DNA of 64,000 bases from Escherichia coli (GCF_022846255.1 NZ_AP025682.1), one strand, 5' to 3'; shown: positions 1-11,915, counted from the first letter of the stretch. The notes: generated from the sequence alone by a model not told the origin. Numbers and translations are program-made.

Positions 1-210
1 CGAGTTACATTTAGTTACATGTTTAACACTTGATTTAAGATTTGTAATGGCTAGATTGAAATCAGATGTAATCCATTAGTTTTATATTTTACCCATTTAG
101 GGCTGATTTATTACTACACACAGCAGTGCAACATCTGTCAGTACTTCTGGTGCTTCTATTTTAGAAGCAGCTGTCAGGTGTGCGATCAATAAAAAAAGCG
201 GGGTTTCATC
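1..210 (+). promoter_or_regulatory. csgD promoter-proximal region and long 5' UTR
   Basis: Lies directly upstream of csgD. A TAGATT -10-like hexamer is at 52-57, which puts a TSS near 63-65. That fits the ~148-nt csgD leader I recall. The GTTACATTTAGTTACATGTTTAAC repeat at 3-28 resembles the OmpR site recalled for this promoter. Confidence 0.55.
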
Positions 211-861
<651 letters not shown>

Positions 862-865
862 AGCC

Positions 866-1255
866 ATGAAACGTTATTTACGCTGGATTGTGGCGGCAGA
901 ATTTCTGTTCGCCGCAGGGAATCTTCACGCCGTTGAGGTAGAAGTCCCGGGATTGTTAACTGACCATACTGTTTCATCTATTGGCCATGATTTTTACCGA
1001 GCCTTTAGTGATAAATGGGAAAGTGACTATACGGGTAACTTAACGATTAATGAAAGGCCCAGTGCACGATGGGGAAGTTGGATCACTATAACGGTCAATC
1101 AGGACGTTATTTTCCAGACTTTTTTATTCCCGTTGAAAAGAGACTTCGAAAAAACTGTCGTCTTTGCACTGATTCAAACTGAAGAAGCACTAAATCGTCG
1201 CCAGATAAATCAGGCGTTATTGAGTACGGGCGATTTGGCGCATGATGAATTCTAA
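866..1255 (+). CDS. csgE: CsgE curli secretion specificity factor
   Basis: 129-aa ORF with a signal peptide. Its position and sequence ([15 protein letters not shown]...) match CsgE. Confidence 0.97.
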
Positions 1256-1279
1256 ATAAAAAATTGTTCGGAGGCTGCA

Positions 1280-1696
1280 ATGCGTGTCAAACATGCAGTA
1301 GTTCTACTCATGCTTATTTCGCCATTAAGTTGGGCTGGAACCATGACTTTCCAGTTCCGTAATCCAAACTTTGGTGGTAACCCAAATAATGGCGCTTTTT
1401 TATTAAATAGCGCCCAGGCACAAAACTCTTATAAAGATCCGAGCTATAACGATGACTTTGGTATTGAAACGCCATCAGCGTTAGATAACTTTACTCAGGC
1501 CATCCAGTCACAAATTTTAGGTGGGCTACTGTCGAATATTAATACCGGTAAACCGGGCCGCATGGTGACCAACGATTATATTGTTGATATTGCTAACCGC
1601 GATGGTCAATTGCAGTTGAACGTGACAGATCGTAAAACCGGACAAACCTCGACCATCCAGGTTTCGGGTTTACAAAATAACTCAACCGATTTTTAA
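1280..1696 (+). CDS. csgF: CsgF curli assembly component
   Basis: 138-aa ORF containing [19 protein letters not shown], in csgDEFG synteny. Confidence 0.97.
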
Positions 1697-1722
1697 GCCC
1701 CAGCTTCATAAGGAAAATAATC

Positions 1723-2556
1723 ATGCAGCGCTTATTTCTTTTGGTTGCCGTCATGTTACTGAGCGGATGCTTAACCGCCCCGCCTAAAGAAGCCGCCAGA
1801 CCGACATTAATGCCTCGTGCTCAGAGCTACAAAGATTTGACCCATCTGCCAGCGCCGACGGGTAAGATCTTTGTTTCGGTATACAACATTCAGGACGAAA
1901 CCGGGCAATTTAAACCCTACCCGGCAAGTAACTTCTCCACTGCTGTTCCGCAAAGCGCCACGGCAATGCTGGTCACGGCATTGAAAGATTCTCGCTGGTT
2001 TATACCGCTGGAGCGCCAGGGCTTACAAAATCTGCTTAACGAGCGCAAGATTATTCGTGCGGCACAAGAAAACGGCACAGTTGCCATTAATAACCGAATC
2101 CCGCTGCAATCTTTAACGGCGGCAAATATCATGGTTGAAGGTTCGATTATCGGTTATGAAAGCAACGTCAAATCGGGCGGGGTTGGGGCAAGATATTTTG
2201 GGATCGGTGCCGACACGCAATACCAGCTCGATCAGATTGCCGTGAACCTGCGCGTCGTCAATGTGAGTACCGGTGAGATCCTCTCCTCGGTGAACACCAG
2301 TAAGACGATACTTTCTTATGAAGTTCAGGCCGGGGTTTTCCGCTTTATTGACTACCAGCGCTTGCTGGAAGGGGAAGTGGGTTACACCTCGAACGAACCT
2401 GTTATGCTGTGCCTGATGTCGGCTATCGAAACAGGGGTCATTTTCCTGATTAATGATGGTATCGACCGTGGTCTGTGGGATTTGCAAAATAAAGCAGAAC
2501 GGCAGAATGACATTCTGGTGAAATACCGCCATATGTCGGTTCCACCGGAATCCTGA
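1723..2556 (+). CDS. csgG: CsgG curli secretion channel lipoprotein
   Basis: 277-aa ORF with a lipobox (LLSGC). It is the last gene of csgDEFG. Confidence 0.98.
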   Translation: MQRLFLLVAVMLLSGCLTAPPKEAARPTLMPRAQSYKDLTHLPAPTGKIFVSVYNIQDETGQFKPYPASNFSTAVPQSATAMLVTALKDSRWFIPLERQGLQNLLNERKIIRAAQENGTVAINNRIPLQSLTAANIMVEGSIIGYESNVKSGGVGARYFGIGADTQYQLDQIAVNLRVVNVSTGEILSSVNTSKTILSYEVQAGVFRFIDYQRLLEGEVGYTSNEPVMLCLMSAIETGVIFLINDGIDRGLWDLQNKAERQNDILVKYRHMSVPPES

Positions 2557-2567
2557 TAGATAAAAAA

Positions 2568-2592
2568 GCCGGAATTATCATCCGGCATTTTA
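2568..2592 (+). terminator. Rho-independent terminator after csgG
   Basis: Hairpin GCCGGA-attatca-TCCGGC followed by ATTTT. A second hairpin (AAGCGTGAG..CTCACGCTT, 2605-2627) overlaps the ycdZ stop codon. Confidence 0.6.
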
Positions 2593-2619
2593 CGGTTTAA
2601 GCGAAAGCGTGAGTGCCCC

Positions 2620-3111
2620 TCACGCTTTATTTTTGATTTGCTGCTCACGGTGAGCTGTCTTTGCACTACGCGCCGCCAACCACAGGCCGCTGTTTTTCAT
2701 TGCGTAACCAAATACCAGTCCAAGCGCCAGCGAAGGTAACACCAGTTTCCAGTCACCCTGCCCGGCAAACGTCGCGCATGCGCCTATAAACGTCCCCGGA
2801 ACAAATGAAAGCAGCAGCTGTTTGGCCTGGATACACATCAGAAACGCGACAATACCGGTTATGACATAACCGAGTATTTCCAGATGTGGTGCCAATGCAC
2901 TACCGTAAATAATGACCATCGCCCACACCACGCCACTAAGCAGGGTTGCAGCGGAGATCGCCAGCCCTTTCAGCCCACCTTGCGGGCAGGCAAAGTAGGC
3001 CGTACAGCCCAGGAAGCCCGCCCAGCTTAGTAAGCCCAGGGAAACAGCCACCCATCCCCAGATACCGGAGAGAATGCCTGTTGTGATTGCAATAGAGAGA
3101 AGTATGTTCAT
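2620..3111 (-). CDS. ycdZ: YcdZ inner-membrane protein (DUF1097)
   Basis: Polytopic hydrophobic ORF. Starting at MNILLSIAITTG gives the 163 aa recalled for K-12. The ORF track's upstream extension to 3159 was not used. Confidence 0.85.
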   Translation of the reverse strand: MNILLSIAITTGILSGIWGWVAVSLGLLSWAGFLGCTAYFACPQGGLKGLAISAATLLSGVVWAMVIIYGSALAPHLEILGYVITGIVAFLMCIQAKQLLLSFVPGTFIGACATFAGQGDWKLVLPSLALGLVFGYAMKNSGLWLAARSAKTAHREQQIKNKA

Positions 3112-3212
3112 GCCGCGCATGATAGCAGAAAACGCGGCCATGAATGAGATCGAGCACACATTTTATGCAACAACAAATTACCCGTTGCAGTTATGAGTGA
3201 TGCAGATCACAT

Positions 3213-3767
3213 TTACTCTTCAGAATCTTCTTCCAGCTCGTCCCACATTGCACTAATAGCATCGCGGGTTAGCGGTGCCATGGTGCGCCAGAAAGGCGTA
3301 GTTGCATGGGCCTCCACTTTGCCAAGGAACGCACCACACCAGGGTAACAGATACTCACTGAACAGTGTTTCCAGTGCTTCGCTCTCATCTTCCGTTGACT
3401 GATCTTCCAGCCAGGAAGCCGCAAGCAGCAATGTGCCGATGTGATCGGCTGGCGTATCCGCTAGTGGCATCCCTCGTTCGGAAAGAAAAGCGCGCACTTC
3501 CGCTTCCGTTGCGCCCTCAACCCATGCGCTACGATATGGCGGCACAGCACATTCATCGCCGATAAACAACGCATTGTAATCGGCAGAGACTTGCGTCATA
3601 TCACAGCTTTTCTGTAAACGCGTCAGTAACTCATCCTGCTCCAGTGGCCAGTTCGCAGCCAGTTTCCCCTCACGAATCAGGGTAAACAACGGCACCAGTA
3701 AAGGATCTTGCGGTTGGCGGTAATAGAGCGAACCCAGCACACGACAGAGGATAGAAAACTCATTCAT
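3213..3767 (-). CDS. ycdY: YcdY, TorD-family redox-enzyme maturation chaperone
   Basis: 184-aa ORF (MNEFSILCRVLGSLYYRQPQDP...) in ycdX-ycdY synteny. Confidence 0.95.
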   Translation of the reverse strand: MNEFSILCRVLGSLYYRQPQDPLLVPLFTLIREGKLAANWPLEQDELLTRLQKSCDMTQVSADYNALFIGDECAVPPYRSAWVEGATEAEVRAFLSERGMPLADTPADHIGTLLLAASWLEDQSTEDESEALETLFSEYLLPWCGAFLGKVEAHATTPFWRTMAPLTRDAISAMWDELEEDSEE

Positions 3768-3790
3768 TAATATATTTCCATTACTAGTAA

Positions 3791-4528
3791 TTAAAGGTCT
3801 GCAAATTCCGCAATCGGTGCCATACCGCGAGATTCAAGGAAGTTAAGTAAGCGGCGCGGAGAAACATTCAAAATGCGCTCTGGCGGAAAATCTACCGCGT
3901 CGAGGATTTTAAGACACTCTTCAAATTCCCCCATGGTAAACGCAGTGTGAGAATCCGAGCCTAATGCCACCCAACCTCCAGCGTCACGTACCGCTGCGGC
4001 TATCGCACGACAGTTGTCTTCACTGCCCTTACGTGAGTGTAAAAATGAGGAATTATTGATTTCCAGCGCCACCTGATGTTTCGCGGCTGCTTCAGCAACG
4101 GCTTTAACATCTATCTCATATTTCGGATTTCCGGGATGGCTTATTATATGCACATTGCCGCTGGCGATAGTGGCGATCATCGCTTGTGTATTGGTCGCTT
4201 TGTCATGTGGCGCAAAAACCGGCTCATGAAAACCGGCAATAATCAGATCCAGCGAATCAAACATTTTGCCGCTGCAGTCAATTTCACCATCAACATTTTT
4301 AATGTTAGCTTCGATGCCGCGCAGGATCCCTACCCCATCAACCACTCGCGGCCAGATACGCATGTTAATGAAGTGCCAGTGATGCGGCGCATCTTCCATA
4401 TCCGGGCCATGATCGGTGATAGCAAAAAGTTTAATGCCCTTTTGTTTGGCCTGGGCAATGTAATCACTCAATGTGCTATATGCATGCGTGCTGGCAACGG
4501 TATGCATATGAAGGTCGACGGGATACAT
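3791..4528 (-). CDS. ycdX: YcdX PHP-family zinc phosphatase
   Basis: 245-aa ORF with the N-terminal PHP motif [18 protein letters not shown]. Confidence 0.96.
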   Translation of the reverse strand: MYPVDLHMHTVASTHAYSTLSDYIAQAKQKGIKLFAITDHGPDMEDAPHHWHFINMRIWPRVVDGVGILRGIEANIKNVDGEIDCSGKMFDSLDLIIAGFHEPVFAPHDKATNTQAMIATIASGNVHIISHPGNPKYEIDVKAVAEAAAKHQVALEINNSSFLHSRKGSEDNCRAIAAAVRDAGGWVALGSDSHTAFTMGEFEECLKILDAVDFPPERILNVSPRRLLNFLESRGMAPIAEFADL

Positions 4529-4582
4529 AACTCTCTCCTGTATTCAATTCCCGCCAAGGATAGCAGGAAACCTGATGCTTTA

Positions 4583-5572
<990 letters not shown>

Positions 5573-5690
5573 CTACAAAGACCACCAGCATAACAAATCC
5601 GTGGTCGGTGGCAAAAAAAGCAAATTTCGCTTATTAAAACTGCATATTGATTGAAGTTTGAATAATCGAGCGGTTTTTTAAAAAAGTTTG

Positions 5691-5719
5691 TTGACCTCAG
5701 GTCATGATTTCCCTAAATT
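5691..5719 (+). promoter_or_regulatory. serX promoter
   Basis: TTGACC (5691-5696), a 17-nt spacer, TAAATT (5714-5719), then a GC-rich discriminator GCGCCC. It lies ~30 nt upstream of the tRNA. Confidence 0.7.
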
Positions 5720-5753
5720 AGCGCCCGTTCCAGCAAGACAGGAACGACAATTT

Positions 5754-5841
5754 GGTGAGGTGTCCGAGTGGCTGAAGGAGCACGCCTGGAAAGTGTGTAT
5801 ACGGCAACGTATCGGGGGTTCGAATCCCCCCCTCACCGCCA
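5754..5841 (+). tRNA. serX: tRNA-Ser (anticodon GGA)
   Basis: 88 nt, GGTGAGGTGTCCGAGTGG...GGTTCGAATCCCCCCCTCACCGCCA. It has a long variable arm, anticodon loop CTGGAAA and an encoded CCA. Confidence 0.97.
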
Positions 5842-5853
5842 TATTTAAAGAAG

Positions 5854-5881
5854 AGCTCGTACGAAAGTGCGAGTTTTTTTT
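5854..5881 (+). terminator. serX Rho-independent terminator
   Basis: Hairpin CTCGTAC-gaaa-GTGCGAG followed by T8. Confidence 0.8.
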
Positions 5882-5932
5882 CGTCTATTGCATACACCGG
5901 GGGGATGAGAAGCCCCGACCGGGGATACCTGG

Positions 5933-6619
5933 TTAATGCAACGGTTCACTCTTTGTCGCCGCGACTAATGGGCGAATTTTGTCACGGGTATCCCAGACCG
6001 GAGGGATTTCCTCCAATTTAGTGACAGAAGCTCGTACAAAAGGCACCCGAGCAAGAGTCATAATCGTATCCAACCAATGGTCACGAATAATGCGATCTGC
6101 CCTTTCATGACTCGGATCATCCAGCTCAATAACACCGACTATTTTATTGTTCTTCTTTGAAACCAGCACATAATCCATTGCCATGCCATTATAAATAGCA
6201 AAGAAACGCTTTCTTTCTTCTTCGCTAAACTCGGGTTGTTCTGGAAAGTTGATCAAGCGCCCCAGAGAGACCTGGCAATGGATATGGCAATAATGTCCAA
6301 ACCATTTCTCCAGATTATCGAAATAGATTTTCTCACAACGCGTAATTAACCACTCTTTTCCTTCCAATAAAATGCCTTCGGCAACCATTCCCTGAAATAA
6401 CTCATCTCGTTCTTGCCAACGAGAATCACGATAGGTTTTCTGCGGTGTATAGCTCCTTGTCGACGCCTTAGCTGCAGGGGGAGTTGCAGATGAAGGGACT
6501 GGTTGCGATTTAGAGATGATCACCGATGAGGCAACTTTTCGGAGTGTCAATTTTCTGGCAACAACAAAACCGGCGACAAATGCAATTGTCAAACAAGTTA
6601 CAAAAGCCATAAAGCTCAT
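5933..6619 (-). CDS. Membrane-anchored DUF2726-like (PD-(D/E)xK nuclease-fold) protein
   Basis: 228-aa ORF with an N-terminal TM helix (FVTCLTIAFVAGFVVA) and a Pro/Ser/Ala linker. The C-terminal block ITRCEKIYFDNL..HCQVSLGRLI..MDYVLVSKKNNKIVGVIELDDPSHERADRIIRD..ARVPFVR fits the DUF2726 pattern I recall. It is flanked by AT-rich DNA next to a tRNA gene. Confidence 0.7.
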   Translation of the reverse strand: MSFMAFVTCLTIAFVAGFVVARKLTLRKVASSVIISKSQPVPSSATPPAAKASTRSYTPQKTYRDSRWQERDELFQGMVAEGILLEGKEWLITRCEKIYFDNLEKWFGHYCHIHCQVSLGRLINFPEQPEFSEEERKRFFAIYNGMAMDYVLVSKKNNKIVGVIELDDPSHERADRIIRDHWLDTIMTLARVPFVRASVTKLEEIPPVWDTRDKIRPLVAATKSEPLH

Positions 6620-6980
6620 AATTAATTTTCACCTATCCATGTTGATTATATTTCATTACCAACGTTACTCGCTGTAGCGTGTTACATGCCAACAATTCAA
6701 CGATCAATATATAGTTAGTATCATGTTTTTATTATTACAACCACCCCTATTTTGCCATTGCGGCTTGCCTTCCACAAAAAATAACAACACAAAATATTAG
6801 CCAAAGAATTAATTAAGATTAACCTGACATTTTTAATGTTATCCCTAAAAAATATAATCAGGGGAATGTATTCGGTGTTAATCAGTCAGTCAAATTATGG
6901 TCCATTATTGATGGAACCTCATACGCAAAATTGGCACCAGACCTCCTGTACAGGTTGAATGGCTGAAAAAAGATAGGCAG

Positions 6981-7142
6981 ATGCTCGATTTTTGGGCTTC
7001 TGAAAGAAAAACTCTCCGCACTGGCGGTATTACACTGGTCTGGTGCTATGACGACAAATGCCCGGTAAGAGTATCTAAACCTGAATTCATTTCAGCTTAT
7101 CAACACGCTCAAAGTCGCCCCCTGAACGTTAACCTGAAGTGA
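6981..7142 (+). CDS. Hypothetical 53-aa ORF, possibly a gene remnant
   Basis: ATG at 6981 to TGA at 7140-7142 (MLDFWASERKTLRTGGITLVWCYDDKCPVRVSKPEF...). The open frame extends upstream without a Met back to a TGA at 6909-6911. It converges on phoH. I do not recognise a family. Confidence 0.2.
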   Translation: MLDFWASERKTLRTGGITLVWCYDDKCPVRVSKPEFISAYQHAQSRPLNVNLK

Positions 7143-7160
7143 AAATCTTTGCTGTTAATG

Positions 7161-7192
7161 AAATAAAACAAAGCCCGGTTCGCCCGGGCTCT
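7161..7192 (-). terminator. phoH Rho-independent terminator
   Basis: On the minus strand: AGCCCGG-gcgaa-CCGGGCT followed by TTGTTTTATTT, just downstream of the phoH stop. Confidence 0.75.
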
Positions 7193-7207
7193 GCACCGAT
7201 AATACAC

Positions 7208-8272
7208 TTAACTGTATGCATGTAGCGTACGTTGGCAAAGTGCCGAACGTACGCAATCCTCTTTACCGAATCGGACGATCCCGACCATTTCATCCTCTTC
7301 GAAACGTTCCAGCGCGTCACTTAATCCGGAGCGCACGCCGCGAGGCAAATCGCATTGCGTGATATCACCGTTGACGATAACCGTCACGTTCTCCCCGAGG
7401 CGGGTTAAAAACATTTTCATTTGCGCGGCAGTCACATTCTGCGCCTCGTCAAGAATGACGACTGCATTTTCAAAGGTACGTCCACGCATATAGGCGAACG
7501 GCGCAATTTCCACCTTCCCTATTTCCGGTCGCAGGCAGTACTGCATAAAGGAAGCCCCTAAGCGACGGACCAGCACGTCGTAGACCGGGCGAAAATAGGG
7601 AGCAAACTTTTCTGCGATATCACCAGGTAAGAAACCAAGATCTTCATCGGCTTGCAGAACTGGACGGGTAACGATAATCCTGTCGACATCCTTATGTATC
7701 AGGGCCTCTGCCGCTTTTGCTGCGCTGATCCAGGTTTTTCCGCACCCGGCTTCGCCCGTGGCAAATATCAGCTGCTTACTCTCAATAGCCTTCAGATAGT
7801 GCAATTGCGCTTCATTTCGCGCGAGGATGGGCGAGGTATCGCGACTGTCGCGGGCCATACCAATGGCTTCTACGCCGCTCATCTGCACAAGCGAGGTGAC
7901 CGATTCTTCTTCACGCTGCTTATGGCTGCGCGAATCCCGTCTCAGCACACGTTTTGCCTCGCGACGAGCTTTGATCACTGCTTTTTGTCTTCCCATGGAG
8001 AGCACCTTGAGTTGTTTGTATTCATCACACGCGCCGTTGGCAGCGCGATTATGCGCACGAACATCAGAGGGTTGGCTTCCTTGTAAGCCATAGTTTGCTT
8101 TTGGATAAAATGCCGAAAAACGGCTACGCGCACCGTTTACGGCGTCGGTAACACATGAAAAGAAAGGATGAGGTTGAAAATACAAAGTGACGAGATGACT
8201 ACCGGAGGAGAAATCTCCGCGAGTGGTGGCGCGCTGATTATCTGAAACATGTCCAGTACAGGACGTTACCAT
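7208..8272 (-). CDS. phoH: PhoH phosphate-starvation-inducible ATPase
   Basis: 354-aa ORF with Walker A GEAGCGKT. The sequence is as recalled for K-12 PhoH. Confidence 0.96.
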   Translation of the reverse strand: MVTSCTGHVSDNQRATTRGDFSSGSHLVTLYFQPHPFFSCVTDAVNGARSRFSAFYPKANYGLQGSQPSDVRAHNRAANGACDEYKQLKVLSMGRQKAVIKARREAKRVLRRDSRSHKQREEESVTSLVQMSGVEAIGMARDSRDTSPILARNEAQLHYLKAIESKQLIFATGEAGCGKTWISAAKAAEALIHKDVDRIIVTRPVLQADEDLGFLPGDIAEKFAPYFRPVYDVLVRRLGASFMQYCLRPEIGKVEIAPFAYMRGRTFENAVVILDEAQNVTAAQMKMFLTRLGENVTVIVNGDITQCDLPRGVRSGLSDALERFEEDEMVGIVRFGKEDCVRSALCQRTLHAYS

Positions 8273-8417
8273 CCGCGATCTCCATAGTGACTGACTATCA
8301 CTGCCGGGAACTTCCGCTGCTACTTAATAAGTACAACAGATTTCGCATTCATTGCAACAATATATTCACTTATATTTAACTATAAAACACCATTTCAGTG
8401 ACATTAGTTTCTACCGG

Positions 8418-8440
8418 AAAGATGACAGAGTGATGACAGT
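8418..8440 (-). promoter_or_regulatory. Pho box (PhoB site) of phoH
   Basis: The minus strand reads CTGTCATCACTCTGTCATCTTT, a tandem CTGTCAT repeat matching the Pho-box consensus. It lies ~150 nt upstream of phoH. Confidence 0.8.
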
Positions 8441-8490
8441 GATGAAAAAAGCTGTGTGCTTTCAGCAGGATTCGCAGTACTGGTAAAAGC

Positions 8491-8614
8491 TTGCCGGATG
8501 CGGCTTGAACGCCTTATCCAACCTACCGACCCGCACCGATTGTAGGCATGATAAGACGCGCAAGCGTCGCATCAGCGCACGAACGCCTGGTGCGGCGTAA
8601 ACGCCTTATCCGCC
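8491..8614. repeat. REP/BIME cluster
   Basis: Several copies of GCCGGATGCGGC.../CGCCTTATCC/GATAAGACGCG palindromic units between efeB and phoH. Confidence 0.85.
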
Positions 8615-8622
8615 TAAAAACA

Positions 8623-9894
8623 TTAAACCCGCAATAATGCGCTTCCGAGATAATCGTTCGCGTCCTTCACACCCGGCAGCGCAAAGAAATAGCCGCCACC
8701 GATAGGTTTGACATATTCCTCCAGCGCCTCGCCATTCAACCTTTTTTGTACTGTCAGGAAGCCCTTTTCCAGATCGTGTTGGTAGCAGACAAACAGTAGC
8801 CCCATATCGAGTTGCCCGGAATTGGTGACGCCCAACGAATAACTGTAGCCACGACGCAGCATCAGGCTGGACTCGCTCTCCGCCGTGCGGGGATTCGCCA
8901 GCCGGATATGGCTGTCCAGCGCAATCACCTTCCCTTCCGGATCGCTAGCGTAATCGGGAACATCATGCTCATGCAGCATGCCCAGCGGCGCACCGGTTTG
9001 CTTATCACGACCAAATATCGTCTGCTGCTCTTTCAGCGGCGTTCTGTCCCAAAATTCCACTCGAAACTGAATCAAGCGTACTGCCTGATAGCTGCCACCG
9101 ATTGTCCACGCAGGCTCCTGCTGATCTGCCGTCACCCACACCACTTTTTGCATCAACTTCGCATTCTGGCTATCGGGATTGGCGGTGCCGTCTTTAAAGC
9201 CCAGCAAATTTATCGGCGTCTCTTTGCCTTTACTACGCGCTGCGTGGTCGGAAATAAACCCTTCCCGCTTCCAGCGCACGCTGAGCAAATCCGGCGTGTG
9301 TTTGATGATATCGCGCAGCGCATGGATCACCGTGTCCTGGGTGTTGGCGCAAATTTGTAGCAACACATCACCATGACATAACGCCGCATCCAGCGAGTCG
9401 TTAGGGAAACGCGTCATCTTCTGCAACTTTTTTGGCATCTGTGGCGCAAGGCCAAAGCGCTCATCAAACAATGAGTGACCCACCGATAACGTGATGGTGA
9501 GATTATCGGGCGCAATGTAGCCGCCAAGAATGCCGGAATCGAGTGGTGGCAGGCGCGGATTTGGCGTTTCTGGTGCAGCTCCGCCCTGAGTCAGAAAAGC
9601 AAAACGCTGAGTCAACAAGCGAAACAACCGTTCAAGATCGGCTTTATCGCTGGCAAGCACATCAAACGCCACCAGCATCATTGCAGCCTGTTGTGGTGTC
9701 AGGATCCCTGCCTGATGCTCACCATAAAACGGCTGTTTCTCATTGCGTGCATCCGGTGAAAGCGTACCCGGCGCACTTTGCGTTTTTTGTGCATGAGCGA
9801 CCGGACAACTTCCCGCCAGCGCCAGCGCACCAATCCCTTTCAGTAAATGTCGGCGTGACGGTTCATTCACGCCGTTTTCATCTTCATACTGCAT
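8623..9894 (-). CDS. efeB: EfeB Tat-exported DyP-type haem peroxidase/deferrochelatase
   Basis: 423-aa ORF with a twin-arginine signal ([16 protein letters not shown]), in efeUOB synteny. Confidence 0.97.
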   Translation of the reverse strand: MQYEDENGVNEPSRRHLLKGIGALALAGSCPVAHAQKTQSAPGTLSPDARNEKQPFYGEHQAGILTPQQAAMMLVAFDVLASDKADLERLFRLLTQRFAFLTQGGAAPETPNPRLPPLDSGILGGYIAPDNLTITLSVGHSLFDERFGLAPQMPKKLQKMTRFPNDSLDAALCHGDVLLQICANTQDTVIHALRDIIKHTPDLLSVRWKREGFISDHAARSKGKETPINLLGFKDGTANPDSQNAKLMQKVVWVTADQQEPAWTIGGSYQAVRLIQFRVEFWDRTPLKEQQTIFGRDKQTGAPLGMLHEHDVPDYASDPEGKVIALDSHIRLANPRTAESESSLMLRRGYSYSLGVTNSGQLDMGLLFVCYQHDLEKGFLTVQKRLNGEALEEYVKPIGGGYFFALPGVKDANDYLGSALLRV

Positions 9895-9899
9895 AACGC

Positions 9900-11027
9900 T
9901 TAGTCCAGTCCCAGCACACCGCGAAGTTGCGCCAGATCTTCCGCCAGCGCAGTAATCGGTCCTTTCAGTGCATTCCGGTCGGCATCGGTCAGTTTGTCGT
10001 AATTTTCAAAACCCTCTTTAGTGCGGTATTTCGCCAGAATAGTATCGACCTTTTTGAAGTTGGCATCGACTTTTGCCAGCAGTTCCGGATTCGCTTTTTG
10101 TAGTTGTGGACGCAGCAGATCGACAATTTTCTGCGAGCCTTCAACGTTAGCCTGGAAATCCCACAGATCGGTGTGGCTGTAGCGATCTTCTTCACCGCTG
10201 ATTTTGCTGGCCGCCACTTCCTCAATCAGTCCGGCTGCACCGCCGACCACTTTTGAAGGTGGGAAAGCCAGTTCACTGATGCGTTTTTGCAAATCGACCA
10301 CATCGGTATAAAGCTGGTCAGCATACTTATCCATCCCTTTGGTGGTGTTATCGCCAAACAATGCTTTTTCCAGACGGTGGAAACCGGTGAATTTTGGATC
10401 GGCGGCTTTTTGCTCGTAATCATCTTCACGGGCGTCAATGCTGCCATCCAGATCGGAGAACAGTTCAGCAATCGGTTCGATGCGCTCATAGTGCTGGCGC
10501 GTCGGCGCATACAGTGCTTTCGCTTTTTCGATATCGCCTGCTTTAATAGCGTCGGTAAAGGCTTTGGTGTCGGTCACCAATTGCGTGGTTTCCGCCATGA
10601 CATACGCTTTATATGCAGTAATTGCACCACCAAGACTTAACAGCGCATCACTTTGCGCCGCATCCGCCGTTGCTTCACCTTTGACGATCAACTTCCCTTT
10701 CGGGTTAGTCAGCAGACCGCAGGTCATATCGTATTCGCCAGGCTGTAAATTCGCCGTCATTTTCTGGCTAAAACCAGGGGCGATATTTTCCCGCTCTTCC
10801 ACCACCATCACGCCTTTGAGGATCTCCCACTCCAGCGCCTTCTGGCTGTGGTTCTGAATAATGAACTGTGTTTTCCCGGCGTTAACCGTAATGGTCATCG
10901 GCTCGCACTGTTTATCTGTCACAGTGACTTTGACTTGCGGAATATCGGCGGCGTTAGCCATAAAAGCAGAAGAGAACAGCGCAGCCACGCTCAACTGCAA
11001 TGCGTTACGGCGGAAGTTAATGGTCAT
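9900..11027 (-). CDS. efeO: EfeO periplasmic iron-uptake component
   Basis: 375-aa ORF with a signal peptide, lying between efeU and efeB. Confidence 0.97.
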   Translation of the reverse strand: MTINFRRNALQLSVAALFSSAFMANAADIPQVKVTVTDKQCEPMTITVNAGKTQFIIQNHSQKALEWEILKGVMVVEERENIAPGFSQKMTANLQPGEYDMTCGLLTNPKGKLIVKGEATADAAQSDALLSLGGAITAYKAYVMAETTQLVTDTKAFTDAIKAGDIEKAKALYAPTRQHYERIEPIAELFSDLDGSIDAREDDYEQKAADPKFTGFHRLEKALFGDNTTKGMDKYADQLYTDVVDLQKRISELAFPPSKVVGGAAGLIEEVAASKISGEEDRYSHTDLWDFQANVEGSQKIVDLLRPQLQKANPELLAKVDANFKKVDTILAKYRTKEGFENYDKLTDADRNALKGPITALAEDLAQLRGVLGLD

Positions 11028-11084
11028 GACGAGACTATCCCTTTAAAGTATGTTGTAACTAAGCAAGAGTTTGCGTCGTATTTG

Positions 11085-11915
11085 CTACGCGGAGCGAGAC
11101 GCTGTCGCCCCTGCACGTGGTGGCAGGGCAAATGCCACCAGCGCCGGGATGAGATAAATAAACCAGACGGCGACTTCGCTGACGCTCGGCGCTTCCTGAT
11201 AGCCAAAAATCCCTTCCATCAGCGTGCCAAACAGCGAGTGAGTTGAGAGCACCGCGCTCATATCGAAGGCGATTTCCTGAAAGTGGTTCCACAATCCGGC
11301 TTCATGAAATGCGCGAATGGCACCAGCCGCCAGCCCTGCGGCGACGAAGAGAATAAACAGGCTGGTCCATTTAAAAAATGCACCAAGATTGAGGCGAATA
11401 CCGCCCCAGTAGAGCAGGAAGCCAAGCACCACGGCTGTAGCAAGACCGAGCATTGCACCCAGCGGCGGCCAGATCCCGACATCTTGTTGAAATGCCGCCA
11501 GCAGGAAAAAGACCGACTCCAGCCCTTCCCTTGCAACGGCAAAAAAAACCATCATCACCAGCGCCCAGCCATGATGATTTCCACGCTGCAATGCGCTATC
11601 GACTGCCTGCTCCAGTTGTACTTTGACGTTGCGCGACACTTTGCGCATCCAGAAAACCATCCAGGTAAGGATCACCACGGCGATCACCGCCACGATACCT
11701 TCAAACAGTTCCTGTTCTTTTTGCGGAAATTCGCCGGTGGTTTCGTTAATGAAGATACCCAAGCCCAGGCACAACGCAGCGGCAAGCAACACGCCAATCC
11801 ACATCACACCAATCCATCGGCCTCGCTGGGTACGCTTAAGATAGCTGGCAATCAAACTGACAATCAGCGCGGCTTCAAGTCCTTCGCGCAACATAATGAG
11901 AAACGGAACAAACAT
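11085..11915 (-). CDS. efeU: EfeU ferrous-iron permease (FTR1 family), intact
   Basis: Uninterrupted 276 aa from MFVPFLIMLREGLEAAL, with two REGLE motifs. K-12 carries a frameshifted pseudogene here, as I recall. Confidence 0.93.
   Translation of the reverse strand: MFVPFLIMLREGLEAALIVSLIASYLKRTQRGRWIGVMWIGVLLAAALCLGLGIFINETTGEFPQKEQELFEGIVAVIAVVILTWMVFWMRKVSRNVKVQLEQAVDSALQRGNHHGWALVMMVFFAVAREGLESVFFLLAAFQQDVGIWPPLGAMLGLATAVVLGFLLYWGGIRLNLGAFFKWTSLFILFVAAGLAAGAIRAFHEAGLWNHFQEIAFDMSAVLSTHSLFGTLMEGIFGYQEAPSVSEVAVWFIYLIPALVAFALPPRAGATASRSA

Noticed and set aside
5688-5936. 82-aa plus-strand ORF
   Set aside because: It is read straight through the serX promoter, the tRNA and its terminator.
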